From: an uncultured Candidatus Peribacteria bacterium
GTDB taxonomy: Bacteria; Patescibacteriota; Gracilibacteria; BD1-5; UBA2023
Direction of reading: 5' to 3'
Length of the DNA: 64,000 nt
NCBI GenBank assembly: GCA_964482035.1
Contig: CAYZVC010000001.1
Location: forward strand, 337,874 to 401,873
The stretch's first letter is position 1. Each line of letters opens with the position of its first letter. Made by a program: the position numbers and the translations under genes. A model generated the notes under the pieces. That model saw only the letters and a list, made by a program, of their open reading frames with translations. It ran no database searches and had not been told where the DNA came from. Of this stretch, positions 10,744-22,880 are shown piece after piece.

Positions 10744-12453
10744 CTATTCTTGTTTAATGAGTCAGAGGCGAACGTTTGAACGTTCGAGCATAATTCGGAA
10801 TTCCGTCAGACTTCACGAGCAGCTTACGTTGAGTTCGTCGTCCGAGTGGGCGCGTGCGAATTTCATGAGAGGTGAAATGATTTTGCTCACCATCTCGTTC
10901 TTATTCTGGGAATAACTCGAAGCGGGCAAAGCCCTGTTCGGTATTTCACTTCCTATCCGCTCGATAAGCATTTCGAAAAGATCGCTTGCGGCGTTTTGCG
11001 AAGGAATTTCTTTCGAAGTGAGCCTTCTTCCGTTGAAATAGACTTTCTTGCTTATCGAATCGAATAGGATTTCCCCCTCCTTTCTGGAAATCGCTTCAAG
11101 GTAACCGCAATTGCTCCTGTTTCCAAAACTGTCGAGAAGCAGTATTCTTCTTCCCTTGGTCCGTACGTCCCCTTTCTGGTTTTTTAGGATTTCCACGGAT
11201 TGCGACGAGGTTCAGCCTTCGTAATTCGAGTACAGGATTTCCATTCAGGGGAATTGTCCGATTTTTTCGCGTACCGTTGATTCCACAGCATTACGGACGC
11301 TTCATTTTTCCCCAACTACGAGGTATGATCAGCCGTATTTTCCCGAGTATAAGGGAGTAATGCCGATTTCTGCGTCGCACTTGTGTCGGATATCTTCGTA
11401 CAGGATTCTAGCGAACGCTCACTGTTCGCTTATCATCGACAAAAGCGCCCTCGAGTTGTTGAGGTTTCCGACGAACCTTCCCGTAAGCGAGTCGTCTGCC
11501 CATCAGAATTTTCACATTCGTTCCAAGAGTTCCATGCCTCGGAAGTTCAAATGTTTCTTCACGTCCCTGAAAGCCGAGTATCCTAATCACTCTATTGCGG
11601 CTTCATCCGGTTTCCCGTCTTTTTCCGGTACTCTCGATATTTCTCTCAGGAAGCTCCCCAGCCTTTCTTTTTCGAACGCGTCCGATTGTCGGATTTCTTC
11701 GATGGATTCGCTGTTTCCGGGAATTCAACTGTAAATGATCCAGGTATCGATGGGGAGTTGGTTCGCCGAATCGGAATCTTCGGAAAGTTTCCTTTCCCAT
11801 AGGCGGATATTCGCCAAATCGCTCGATTCGGCATCGAATTCGTCTCAAAAGTACGCTACCGGTCATCCGAATGACGAATACGAATTTCGAATGCCCTGCG
11901 CCATGGTGTTTCAGGAACGCGGTTTCATCGAAAGTTTCCATGCGAAGTCGATGAGTTCGCGCTTTCTGCCGTCGTCGAGTTCCTCAGATGAGCGTGGCAT
12001 TCCGCCCTCGTCTCAGGTGAGCAGGGTTTCTATTGCGTACGCGAGCGCAGCGTTCACCGTTTCCGTAAAGCCGATTGATCGGCCTCTCGGTATTTCACAG
12101 AGTGCTCAAATTTCGATTCAGCCATCGAATCATGCTTCTTCAAGCCGTGCCGTTATTATGCTTTCGTTCACTGCGATGGACGAGGACCATTCCGACCATT
12201 CGGTTCTTTTGAAGCCGTTTGCGCCCATATAGGAATCGATCCAAGCGAACTTCGCTCAACCTCAGGCAGCCCGCCTGATTCATACGTAGCACTTAAGCGG
12301 GAGCTTGCTTCGTACGAGAGGGAATTTCGACGCATGGTCGATAAGCTCGTTGCTCCACGGCATCGAATAGTTTGCCGAGGTGACTATCTCGAATTCTTCA
12401 AAGAAGTTTCGGTACGTTTCCTGGTGCGCTTCTCGTATCTTGACAGAATTCAT
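10744..12453 (-). CDS. GHMP-kinase-like protein fused to OmpR/PhoB-type winged helix (putative)
   Basis: 569 codons, about 21 TGA. CEIPRGRSIGFTETVNAALAYAI is a degenerate GHMP motif II and YSGKYGGSYLVV is motif III-like. C-terminal part: VYFNGRRLTSKEIPSQNAASDLFEMLIERIGSEIPNRAL. TAG 10744 lies 1 nt before the next ATG. Confidence 0.55.
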
Positions 12454-12524
12454 ATATCCAAAGTGGTTGAGATATTGCGCCTTTGAATTCTTATGTTTTG
12501 GTTTGGAAAGAAACGGAAAAATCC

Positions 12525-12564
12525 AAGAAAAAATCAGGTAAACGCAAAAGCGCGTACCTGATTT
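12525..12564 (-). terminator. rho-independent terminator after glmS
   Basis: 10-bp stem aaatcaggta / tacctgattt with a 14-nt loop, followed by a T-run on the minus strand. Confidence 0.55.
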
Positions 12565-12687
12565 ATGAAAAGTTGGGAAATATAAGAGTCGCTTTCATCC
12601 TTTGATGGGTGAATAGGCTTCTTACTAACCGATAATATTTCTAATAATTATTAATCAAGTAAAAATATTAAAAGTCAACCAAGAGAT

Positions 12688-14541
12688 CTATTTCACCGTC
12701 ACGCTCTTCGCCAAATTCCTCGGCCTATCGATTTCCCTTCCGAGCGTCAACGCCGCATGGTAGGCGAGCAATTGTCCAACCACGGTGGCCGCAAAGCCGA
12801 AGGTGAGCCCCGGAGCATTGGGGATGACGATGTTCCAATCGGCTTCTGCAACCGGTTTGGCACTGATGGCGAGCACTTTGCCACCTCGTGCGCGGATTTC
12901 GGCCACGCTCGACTTGTTCTGCGAGAAGAGCGAATCGTCTGGGAGAAGGATTACCGACGGGCAGTTCTCGTCGATGAGCGCCAACGTGCCGTGCTTGAGT
13001 TCGCCAAGGGGCATGGCGTGGGCGTGGAGGTAGGTGATCTCTTTGAACTTCAGCGCCGCCTCCGCCGCGATGGGGAGCATATGCCCGCGTCAGAGAAAAA
13101 AGAGGTGCTGGTATCTGGAGAGTTCTTTGGCCGTACGTTCTATAGACACAGTGTTCGAGAGAACTTCCTGCATGATTTCGGAAAGCTTCGAGAGCTCTTC
13201 GAGCGCGCTGCGGTATTTTCTGAAATCCTCTCACCGCTTGATGGCGTAAAACAGCGCCAAGAGCTGCACGGTGGCGAGTTGGGCAGTAAAGGCTTTGGTG
13301 GATGCCACGCCCACTTCGGTTCAGGCGCGGGTGAAGAGGCCGAAATCGGTGAGTCGGGAAATCGAAGAACCTACCACGTTGACGATACCGAAGGTCTTGC
13401 CGCCTTGGGCCTTGATGAATTTCAACGGCTCGATGGCGTCGGCAGTTTCACCCGATTGCGAGATGAAAACGTAGAGCGTCTTAGGGTCGATTTTGACGGG
13501 GGCGTTCAAAAATTCGCTCGCGATTTCGGCAGTGGCGCTCATTCAGGCGAATTCCCTGAACGCGTAGCTTCCCGCCCATCCCGAGTGGAAAGACGTTCCG
13601 CAGGCGATGAATTTCACGCGCTCGATATCCGCGTCCCGAAGGTCTTGGAAGGCGGCGGCGTTGAGTACGAGGTCTTTAAAATCCGCGCGCCCTTGGAACA
13701 CGGCCTTCATGATCTTGGGCTGTTCGAAAATTTCTTTGAGCATGAAGTGGGCGAAATCGCCCTTGTCGGCCTTGAGGCTTTCGGTCTCCACGCGTTCGAA
13801 CGGACGCGAAACGAGCGATCATTCGGATTTGATTTCGTAGCTTCCGTCCGGCTTCACGCGGACGAGGTCGCCGTCGTCGAGAAACGTCACCTGGTCGGCA
13901 TATCCCGCAAGGGCCTGCACGTCTGACGCGAAGAAGCATTCGCCGGTCTTGGGATTGCGGCCGAAAACGAGCGGGCTACCGTATTTGACCCCGATGAGTT
14001 CGCCCGGAAAATCGGAATGCATGACGAGGAGCGCGTACGCCCCTTCGAGACGCGGCAAAACGGCCTCGACTGCTTGGATGAGCGCGTCGGGGCTTCCGGT
14101 ACGCAGACGCGCGGCGGTTTCTTTTCCGAGAAGTTTCGCCACGATTTCCGAGTCGGTCTGTCCGTAGAACGAGGTTCAGGACTTCTTCAACTCTTCCGCG
14201 ATTTCGACGTAGTTTTCGACGATGCCGTTATGTACGAGGAAAAGCCGGCTTTCGCTATCGGAATGCGGATGGGTGTTTTCGATCGTCACTCCTCCATGGG
14301 TGGCCCAGCGTGTATGAGCGATTCCGTATGAGAATTCGGATTCGGGTTTTCGGGTGTTGGAGACTTCGTTCACCAATGCCGATACTTTGCCTACGGCCTT
14401 GAAGGTTTCCACTCCGTGCGCCGCGTTTCCGACGGCGATTCCGGCGGAATCGTACCCGCGGTATTCGAGCCTTTCGAGCCCGTGGAGGAGGATCTTGTCG
14501 GCGTCTTTGCGGTTACCCGCGTAGGCGAAGATTCAGCACAT
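12688..14541 (-). CDS. glmS: glutamine--fructose-6-phosphate aminotransferase
   Basis: MC-[TGA 14533-14535]-IFAYAG at the N-terminus (canonical MCGI). TRA-[TGA]-TEVGVASTKAF, FFL-[TGA]-RGHMLP, C-terminal LAKSVTVK. Five track fragments are all in frame. Confidence 0.95.
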
Positions 14542-14554
14542 TTTCCGGTGTGGG

Positions 14555-15829
14555 TTAGATGAGTGATTCGATGTGCTCAAGCAGCTTCCTTTGAAAGATC
14601 TTCTTGTCGAATTTCGAAGCGTACCTGCGGATGTCGTAGGCGCTCCAGCGGCGGGTTTCGAACGATTCGATGGCCTCGTTGAGGCTTTCGGGGGTCTGTT
14701 CCATGAAGAACGTCCCCGACAATCCCTCTTTGACGGTTTCGAGCGCTCATCCCTTGCCGTAGGCGATTACGGGCGTTCCGCATGCCATGGCTTCGAGCGG
14801 CACGATGCCGAAGTCTTCTTCCGGCGGGAATACGAACGCCTTGGCCTTTTGGAAGAGCCTGACCTTTTCATCGTTGCTTACCCCGATCGCCCATTCGATG
14901 TTGGGCTGGGATTTCTTGAAAAGTTCTTTGAAGAGCGCGTTTTCGGTGGAAGTGGCGATCACGAGCCGCTTGCCGGAAGCGTTGAACGCGTCGACGAGCA
15001 GGTCGAATTTCTTATAGGGGATGATGCGCCCCACGGCGAGATAGTAGTCTTCTTTTTCGGTCTCCACCACGAATTTTTCGGTATCGATTCCCGGGGTGAT
15101 TACCGTCGCCGGGCGGCGGTAGTATTTGGCGATGCGTTTGGCGGTATTGTTCGAATTGGCTACGAAATCGTCCACGCGGTCGGCGGCGTCGCGGTCCCAC
15201 TCGCGCAATCTCTTCAGCATCATGGGCATCACGAGCCTCGCCAAGGGGTTGAAAATGCCGAACTCGAGCATCTTTTGGTACTCGTGGGTATGGCTCCAGT
15301 AGTAGCGGGTGGGGGAATGGCAGTAGCACACGTGCACGGTCTCGGGCTTGGTGATGACGCCCTTGGACTCCGCGCTCGAAGACGAAATGACCACGTCGTA
15401 CTCCGAGAGGTCGAAAGATTCGAAGGCGTACGGCCTGAGCCACGGAAAGAGCTTGGGACGCGAACGTACGAACGGGATCTTCTGCAGGAAGCTCGTGGTG
15501 ACTTTGGTATTTCCCAGAAGTTTCGTAAATTTTTCTGGAAAATAGACCGACGAATACACGTCCGCCTGAGGGAAGAGTTCGAGCATGTCGGCGAGTACCT
15601 GTTCGGCGCCGCCCCAGTCTTTGAGCCAATCGCAGACGATGGCGATTTTTTTGTCCGGCAGCCCTGGCGTGATGCGGGACGCATGGAAGGGGAGCGCACC
15701 GTTTTCCTCGAGGTTTTCGAGAGCGACTTCGTCCGGTCCGACCGCTTCCTCGGGATACTCCGGAGTTTCGCCTACGGAGGCGGTTTCCACGGCTTCTTGC
15801 GTGAAATTTCCGTTAACGTTTTCTGCCAT
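14555..15829 (-). CDS. GT4-family glycosyltransferase
   Basis: Track ORF 14747-15829 continues through ...EDFGIVPLEAMACGTPVIAYGK-G-[TGA]-ALETVKEG to TAA 14555. Ends 13 nt upstream of the glmS start. Confidence 0.85.
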
Positions 15830-15891
15830 AGCGCTTTACAAAGGATTAGGCTCGTGTAGGATTCGGCCGAAAGTATACCGCCCCACACGAT

Positions 15892-17064
15892 ATGGCCAAA
15901 CCGAAAATCTGCATTCTCCACGACTTTTTTCTCTACCGCTGAGGAGCCGAACGGTTCGACGTGATGGCCGCCGAAGCCGCGGGTGCCGACATCGCCGCCG
16001 CATACTTCGACCAAGGAAGCTTCGATCTCGATTCCATGGGATTCGAAGGGAAGAAAATAGCGTTCTCCAGAAGGGCGTTTCCGGAATCGGGAGAATTCTC
16101 CGGACCGCTCGAGAAATGGCTCGATGCCAAATTCCCCGACCGTATCAAGCGCATGGTCCGCTACGCGCTCTTCAAGCTGGCAGTCCGCTTCAAAACGGGT
16201 TTCCTGAAAGCATACGACGTGGTGGTATTTTCCGGCGATACGCTTTCCGCGGTCGCGAAGTGTCGGAAGGACGCCGTAAAAATCTGCTATTTCCACTCGA
16301 TCCCGCGTTACCTCTTCGATCAGAAGGATCTCTATCTCGCCAAGGTTCCCTCGTATCTCAAGTGGCCGTATCTCGCGGTTCGGTTCTGCGTCACGAAGAA
16401 TTTTTTCAGGAATCTCGCCAAGGTTTCGAAAATCTACGTGAACGGCGAAAATCTCCGTTCGTACTGTGCCGAATACCTCGGCCGCGAATCAGAAATCCTC
16501 TATCCTCCGGTGGATACCGCCGAATTCGCTCCTTGCGACCCCTCCGAGAAAGGCGACTACTACGTCTCTTTTTCGAAACTCGCGACGTTCAAGCGCGTCG
16601 ACGTCGTCGTCCGGGCGTTCAAAGAAATGCCCGATAAGAAGCTCTTGGTCGTGCATGGCGTCAATGATCCCCAAAAAGACGAAATCACCGCTTTGGCGGA
16701 AGGCGCGCCCAATATCGAATTGCGCATTCTCGAAGACAATTCCGAACTTCCCGGCATCGTCGCTCGGGCGATAGCTACGCTTTTCGTTTCGAAAAACGAG
16801 GATTTCTGAATGGTCGCTATCGAGTCCATGGCGGCCGGAACTCCCGTTATCGGCGCTGACTCCGGGGGCATAAAGGAAACCGTCGTAGCGGGGGAGACCG
16901 GCGTATTCGTCCCGGAAGTCTTCTCCCTTGATGACCTGCAGAAAGCGGTTACGGATATGACTCTCGAAAAAAGCCTCTCGATGCGCGACGCCTGTCTTAA
17001 GCGTGCCGAAGAATTTTGAAGGGAACGTTTCGAAAGGGAAATTCGGAAGTCCTTCGCGAAATAG
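15892..17064 (+). CDS. GT4-family glycosyltransferase
   Basis: MAKPKICILHDFFLYR-[TGA]-GAERF ... NEDF-[TGA]-MVAIESMAAGTPVIGADSGGIKETV. TAG at 17062. Divergent from the previous GT4. Confidence 0.85.
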
Positions 17065-17100
17065 CCGAGAACCTCTCGATTTTTTGCTCCCCGGGTGGCC

Positions 17101-17727
17101 ATGTGCTACGATGGGCGGGTATTTCGTTTTTCTTCGAACATGTCCCCTTCCGTACCGGAGTCTTCGGCCGTTTCCGAACAGCCAGAGCAGAACGTCGCGC
17201 AAATTACGGCCGATTGGTACAAGGTCTCGTCCCTTGCCGACATCATCGCCTCGCTCGATACTCTTCCTTTCCCTCCGAACCATATTCCCGAGTCCGATGC
17301 TGACGGGTCGGTAACCAAGGTCGTTTTCGCTCGACTTTGCCAGCAGAACCCGCGTTTGGCGGTACGGTATGCCGACGGCCGTTTAGTCAAACGTTCCGAG
17401 AACGGTCAGGGGCTCGATTATTATTTCATCCCTAAGCGCGACGGATACGAGTTCCACGTCCATCACGTCGACGAGAACGGAGAATGGGTGCGTGACGCGT
17501 ACGAGATGGACGCGCAGGGAAACGTGAAATTCGTCGCCTACGTGACGCAGAAGAACGAGGGCAGGTATTACGCTGACCTTGATTTGGCAGATGCCCACGG
17601 CCATATGGCGGAGCCGAAATTCTCGGATTATACCGGTTCGGTTCCCCCGTCCGTCCATGATCCGATAGCCAACGTCGGAAAAGTCCGCCAGGTCGTCAGC
17701 CGCATCGTCGACGCCGCGGTACTGTAG
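17101..17727 (+). CDS. hypothetical protein
   Basis: Uninterrupted ORF with no TGA, TAG at 17725. Start is uncertain (GTG 17095, ATG 17101 or ATG 17140). Confidence 0.5.
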   Translation: MCYDGRVFRFSSNMSPSVPESSAVSEQPEQNVAQITADWYKVSSLADIIASLDTLPFPPNHIPESDADGSVTKVVFARLCQQNPRLAVRYADGRLVKRSENGQGLDYYFIPKRDGYEFHVHHVDENGEWVRDAYEMDAQGNVKFVAYVTQKNEGRYYADLDLADAHGHMAEPKFSDYTGSVPPSVHDPIANVGKVRQVVSRIVDAAVL

Positions 17728-17747
17728 CCGCCAAGAGCGCGTTTTTG

Positions 17748-17777
17748 AAATCCCCCCGTTCGAACGAGGGGATTTTT
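17748..17777. terminator. bidirectional terminator
   Basis: aaatcccc..ggggattttt hairpin between convergent genes. Confidence 0.6.
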
Positions 17778-17782
17778 CAGGC

Positions 17783-18184
17783 TTATTTTTTCGCGAATGA
17801 GAGTTCGTTTCCGGAGACCTCGTTCAATATCGCCGACACTTCGGAGTGGAAACGCCGGATTTTATGGGCCAAAAGGTCGTGGAACTGGGTGATGTGCCCC
17901 CTCGATAACGCCCGTACTGCTTGCTTTGAAGTCCATTCGACCGCTCATTGCGTAGACACGGTCTTGAATTTTTCCCGACTTTCGTGGTATTTTCGAAGGT
18001 ATTCGCAATCTTGCTTCAGCCTGATGGCACTTTCCTTAAGTTCTTCCGCCGCGCTTCTGGCGTGGGGCTTCTTTCGTGCGGCTGATTCGAGGGCGTCCAT
18101 GGCGCGGTTCACGTATTCGAGGGCGATCCTCGCGGATTCGCGGAATCCGAATTCGTTGAACGAAAGAAGCGCGACGCGGTGCAT
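17783..18184 (-). CDS. hypothetical helical protein
   Basis: Track ORF 17945-18184 continues through one TGA to TAA 17783 (walked codon by codon). 133 aa. Confidence 0.5.
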
Positions 18185-18414
18185 TTCGCGTCACTGGAAC
18201 GGTTCGGTTCTCGCCCGGCGCTTCTCCGGTATGGCTTCGGAGCTCGTTTTCACGTGCCGATTATCTCCGTTTCGGTTTGAGGAATCAAGGCGCGAACGTG
18301 GTTTTTTTCTGAAGACCGCGTCCGGGACGTTGCGGAGTTCGGCGTTTGAGGCGGTTTCCTTTGACCGGCAAGCGCTTTCCGATAGAATCCACCGCGTTTC
18401 AGCAACCCAACAAC

Positions 18415-20292
18415 ATGTCCAAATCCATCCGCAATTTCTGCATCATCGCGCATATCGACCACGGAAAGTCCACTTTGGCCGACCGTTTGATCGAGATTAC
18501 CGGCGCGATGCAGAAACGCGACATGCGCGCTCAGACCCTCGATACCATGGATATCGAACAGGAACGCGGCATCACCATCAAGCTCACGCCGGTCCGCATG
18601 GAATGGAAGGGCGTCGAATGCAACCTCATCGACACTCCGGGGCACGTCGACTTCCAGTACGAAGTTTCGCGCTCTCTCGCGTCCGTCGAAGGCGCGGTGC
18701 TCGTCGTCGACGCCACCCAGGGCATCGAAGCGCAGACCCTTTCCAACGTCTATCTCGCCCTTGAGAACGACTTGGCCATCATCCCGGTTCTCAATAAGAT
18801 CGACCTCCCGTCGGCCGACGTCGAACGCGTTTCGAAAGAAGTCTGTTCGCTCCTCGGTTGCGATCCTTCCGAAATCATTCCGGTTTCCGCCAAGACCGGC
18901 GAAAACGTCGAATCCATTCTCGACGCGGTCGTAGAGCGTTTCCCTGAACCGAAAAAGCTCGATAGCGAGTCCAAGCTCGTCCCCAACGCTTCCGAAAAGG
19001 CCGAATCCGGCGCGGTGAAGGCGCTCGTCTTCGACTCGCAGTACGACACCTACAAGGGCGTCGTGATCTACGTGAAGCTTTTTTCCGGCACCATCAAGAA
19101 GGGCGACAATCTCGAACTCATCCATACCGGTTCGAAATTGGAAGCGCTCGAAGTGGGCTGCTTCCGTCCGAAATACGACCCTATCGGCATCATCGAAGAA
19201 GGCGAAATCGGGTACGTCGTCACCGGCCTCAAGACCGTCGCGGAAGCGAAGGTGGGCGATACGCTCTTTAAGGGCGCGTCCGACCGCAAGGTTCCGATCG
19301 ACGGGTTCAAGCGCATTACCCCGTTCGTCTTCGCCGGCGTCTACCCGGTAGATACCGACGAGTACCCCAAACTCAAGGACTCGCTCGACAAGCTCATGTT
19401 GAACGACTCTTCGCTTTCCACGGAGAACGAAGTATCTCCGGCTCTCGGCCACGGTTTCCGTTGTGGATTCCTCGGGCTTCTCCATCTCGACATCGTTAAG
19501 GAGCGCCTCTGGCGCGAGTTCGACATGGACGTCATCATGACCTCGCCGCAGGTCACTTACCGTGTCCTCGTCGCGGGAGACAAGGTGGCGGACTATCCGC
19601 GCAACCGTCCGGAACTTCTCCAACACGAAACCAAAACCGCTACGGCCATCTACGTCTCCAATCCGGAAGACTTGCCGAAGCCGGGCAACCTCATCCACAT
19701 CGAGGAACCGATCGCCAAGATCGAAATCATCACCCCGAGCGACTACGTGGGCGGCCTCATGCAGCTCTGCCAAGAACGCCGCGGACGCTTCAAAGCGCAG
19801 CACTACCTCGATTCGAACCGCGTAGTGATGACCTACGAAATCCCCATGGCAGAACTCGTGGGCGACTTCTACGACGACCTCAAGAGCATCTCTTCCGGCT
19901 ACGGTTCGCTTTCGTACGAATTCCTCCGCTACGAAATGGACGACCTCCACCGCCTCGACATCCTCGTCGCCGGCGAAAAGGTCGATGCGTTCTCGATGAT
20001 CGTCCACTCGGGCCGCGCCCGCACCCTGGGCGGGAACATCTGCCGTAAGCTCAAGGACAACATCCCCAAGGCGCAGTTCGCCATCGCCATCCAGGCGGCG
20101 CTCGGCAATACCGTCATCGCCCGCGAAGACCTTTCCGCGCTCCGCAAGGACGTTACCGCCAAGCTCTATGGCGGCGACATCTCCCGCAAACGCAAGCTTC
20201 TCGAAAAACAGAAGGAAGGTAAGAAAAAAATGAAACAGTTCGGACGCGTTTCAATTCCTTCGGAAACGTTCGTGAATATTTTGAAGAAGTAG
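18415..20292 (+). CDS. lepA: translation elongation factor 4
   Basis: MSKSIRNFCIIAHIDHGKSTLADRL...DTPGHVDF...NKIDLP. No internal TGA. TAG at 20290. Confidence 0.95.
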   Translation: MSKSIRNFCIIAHIDHGKSTLADRLIEITGAMQKRDMRAQTLDTMDIEQERGITIKLTPVRMEWKGVECNLIDTPGHVDFQYEVSRSLASVEGAVLVVDATQGIEAQTLSNVYLALENDLAIIPVLNKIDLPSADVERVSKEVCSLLGCDPSEIIPVSAKTGENVESILDAVVERFPEPKKLDSESKLVPNASEKAESGAVKALVFDSQYDTYKGVVIYVKLFSGTIKKGDNLELIHTGSKLEALEVGCFRPKYDPIGIIEEGEIGYVVTGLKTVAEAKVGDTLFKGASDRKVPIDGFKRITPFVFAGVYPVDTDEYPKLKDSLDKLMLNDSSLSTENEVSPALGHGFRCGFLGLLHLDIVKERLWREFDMDVIMTSPQVTYRVLVAGDKVADYPRNRPELLQHETKTATAIYVSNPEDLPKPGNLIHIEEPIAKIEIITPSDYVGGLMQLCQERRGRFKAQHYLDSNRVVMTYEIPMAELVGDFYDDLKSISSGYGSLSYEFLRYEMDDLHRLDILVAGEKVDAFSMIVHSGRARTLGGNICRKLKDNIPKAQFAIAIQAALGNTVIAREDLSALRKDVTAKLYGGDISRKRKLLEKQKEGKKKMKQFGRVSIPSETFVNILKK

Positions 20293-20321
20293 CCCATCCC
20301 CGGTCTTCTAACGAAATTCCC

Positions 20322-21152
20322 ATGTCGTCCACGTTCTCGGTATTTTCAAGATTCGGACGTGCGGTTCGCGCTTCCTTCGTACGGCGTCTCGACCTCACCG
20401 TCGCGATGGTGGCGTTCCTATACGGGTTTTTCCTTTTAAGGGAATCGTTGGACCGTTCCGTTCCGGACGGTTTGGCCTATTACCTGTTCGACAACGGGTA
20501 CGTGGTCCTGAAATACGTTTTTTGGTTCTTCCTCTCTTTGGCCGTGGTTCGGCTGGGGCTGGCGACGGAGCCGCACGGCGCGTCTTCGGGCGTCCCCTTC
20601 GTACGGCTGTTCGGCGAATCGCCGGCCTCGCTGCGCTCGCACTGGAAAACCTCCCTCCGTTTCACCCGCTACGTTTTCCTCTATTTGGCGATCGCGTTTT
20701 CCTCTTTTTTCGTCCTTACGAAAATCGTGGGCTTCGCGTTTCCGAAAATCTATATTCCCATGGAGGCGGCGTATCTTTTCGTGAAGGTTTGCTGGTCGCT
20801 CGCATCCGTTTTTCTCGTTTACCGGCTGATACGCGCCATTTTCGTAATGCCGAACGCCGTCGCTCTCTGACGTGACGACGAGGGGGTTTTCGCCGAATCC
20901 CTAAAATCGACTTCGTGAAAGTGGTGGGCGATCTTTTTCAACGTCCTCTTCTTTTACGTGGTCACGAGGTTGGCGAGGGGTATCGCGGTATTTTTCATGG
21001 GCTTCGCGTTCGCGAGCCTCGGAATCGACAGATCGATCTGAGAGGCGTTCGTACCGATTCCGTATTTCCTCCAGTTCGCCCTTTTTCCGTTCTTCCTTCT
21101 CGAACTGTACGGGGATTACTTCCGGAATCCGGTTTCTGACCAGAAGGCGTAA
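20322..21152 (+). CDS. multi-pass membrane protein
   Basis: Track ORF 20322-20870 continues through 3 TGA to TAA 21150. Several hydrophobic helices. Confidence 0.6.
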
Positions 21153-21187
21153 TTTTGTGGCCGGCCGTCATCTGCTAGCATTTTCCT

Positions 21188-21215
21188 TTGATTCGGAGCC
21201 TCCATTCCATATAAT
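21188..21215 (+). promoter_or_regulatory. candidate promoter of ndk
   Basis: TTGATT, 16-nt spacer, TATAAT, 35 nt upstream of the ATG. Confidence 0.4.
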
Positions 21216-21249
21216 CCCCGCGTCTTAAAACTCTTTTTTCTTTCCAACC

Positions 21250-21687
21250 ATGCAGCGCACGCTCATCCTCCTCAAGCCCGACGCAGTCCAGAAGTCCGTT
21301 GCCGGCGACATCCTCGCCCGTTTCGAACGCAAGGGTCTCAAGATCGTAGGTCTCAAGATGCTCCAGATGGACCAGGCCCTCTGTGACGACCACTACAGCG
21401 AACACGTTACCAAGGGCTTCTACAAGTTCATGTCCGCGTTCATGATGTCCGGTCCGATCGTAGCCGCGGCTATCGAGGGACACGACGCCATCAAGGTCGT
21501 TCGCACCATGTGCGGAGCCACCAATCCGGCCGACGCCCTTCCGGGAACCATCCGCGGCGACTACGCTAAGAACATCGACAACAACATCATCCACTCTTCG
21601 GACTCCGAAGAATCGGCTGCCAAGGAAGTCGCACGCTTCTTCAAGGAAGGCGAACTTTTCGATTACGCTCGCACCCTCGTAGACTAA
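21250..21687 (+). CDS. ndk: nucleoside diphosphate kinase
   Basis: MQRTLILLKPDAVQ...NIIHSSDS, typical NDK motifs. No TGA. Confidence 0.95.
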   Translation: MQRTLILLKPDAVQKSVAGDILARFERKGLKIVGLKMLQMDQALCDDHYSEHVTKGFYKFMSAFMMSGPIVAAAIEGHDAIKVVRTMCGATNPADALPGTIRGDYAKNIDNNIIHSSDSEESAAKEVARFFKEGELFDYARTLVD

Positions 21688-21807
21688 TTCGCATCCCTTT
21701 CGATGCTTTCGCGCATCGTGGGCCGAGTTCCCGACCTTTTGAGAAAACCTTATCCCACCTTAGGTTTTCGAGAAAGTGTCGGGAACTCTGACGTTAATAA
21801 CCGAAAC

Positions 21808-22875
21808 ATGAATCCCTTCCCCGGTTCCGTCACCGATTTCTCCCTCCACCTGTCCGATCGCGAAACCCGCCGCATCGACACTTTTTTGGCGAGCCAATAT
21901 CCGGAACGTTCGCGCTCCAACATCCAACGTCTCATCGACAAGGGGTTCGTGAGGGTCAATGGGGTCGTTATCGACAAGAACCGCAAGGTCTACGCCAAAG
22001 ACGTGATTTCGGTGGAATGGAAGAGCGAACCGGGTAAATTCGAGCCCGAAGACATTCCGCTCGACATCGTCTACGAGAACGCCGATTTCGCCATCATCAA
22101 CAAGGCGCCGTTCCAGAACACCCACCCGGTCATGGGCGAAGGATGAAATTCGGGCACGCTCGTCAACGCGCTGCTCCACCATTTCAAAGAACTTTCCGTC
22201 ATTTGATGAGTCGAACGCCCCGGAATCGTACACCGTTTGGATAAGGATACCTCCGGTCTCATCGTCATCGCCAAGAACGACCAGGCCATGACGGCGCTCC
22301 ATAAGAACTTCCACGACCGCCGGATTAAAAAAACCTACCTCGCGCTTTCCGTAGGCGCGCCCAGGGAGAACGAGGGGTATATCGAATCGTACATCGGCCG
22401 CGAAGCCGACAGCCGCATCCGCATGACGGTGACGAACCCCATCAACCCAAAAATCGCCAAGACCGAGTTCAAGGTTTTGGAAAGGGGATTGGAAGGGAAG
22501 TACGGGCTCTTCGAAGTGAACCTGCTCACCGGCCGTACTCACCAGATCCGCGTCCACCTTTCGACCATCGGATACCCGATCATCGGCGACAAGGTCTACG
22601 GCAACGAAAAGGCCAACCGCGTCGCGGAGGAATCCCATGCGCTCGAGCGCCAGTGGCTCCACGCCTATTCGATTTCGTTCGCCCTTTTTGGGAAGGCCTA
22701 CAAGTTCACCGGCGCCCTCAAACCCGATCTTCTGGCTTTCGACCCCGAAGGTCTCGCGAAATATTCCAAGAACACCGTGACCATCCACGAGTACGTGCCG
22801 GGCGTTCCCAATCCCGCGTACCAAGATCCCGTACGCGTTCCCGAGGAATTGGACGAAGACGAAGATTCGGTATAA
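21808..22875 (+). CDS. rluD: RluA/RluD-family pseudouridine synthase
   Basis: N-terminal S4 region (RIDTFLA...). VI-[TGA TGA 22204-22209]-VERPGIVHRLDKDTSGLIV and GRTHQIRVHL. Start could alternatively be 21703. Confidence 0.85.
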
Positions 22876-22880
22876 TTGCC

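Noticed and set aside
12688-14541. Reading the fragmented genes (glmS, relA, tatD, manC and others) as pseudogenes disrupted by nonsense mutations.
   Set aside because: The only interrupting codon is TGA, never TAA or TAG. The frame is always preserved, and the interruptions fall on conserved glycines. This pattern indicates recoding, not gene decay.
18250-20007. 585-aa ORF antisense to lepA.
   Set aside because: It lies entirely opposite a securely identified gene. Its composition is repetitive and rich in R/E/D/V/F/G, typical of shadow frames generated by the codon bias of the sense strand. It contains no recognisable motifs.
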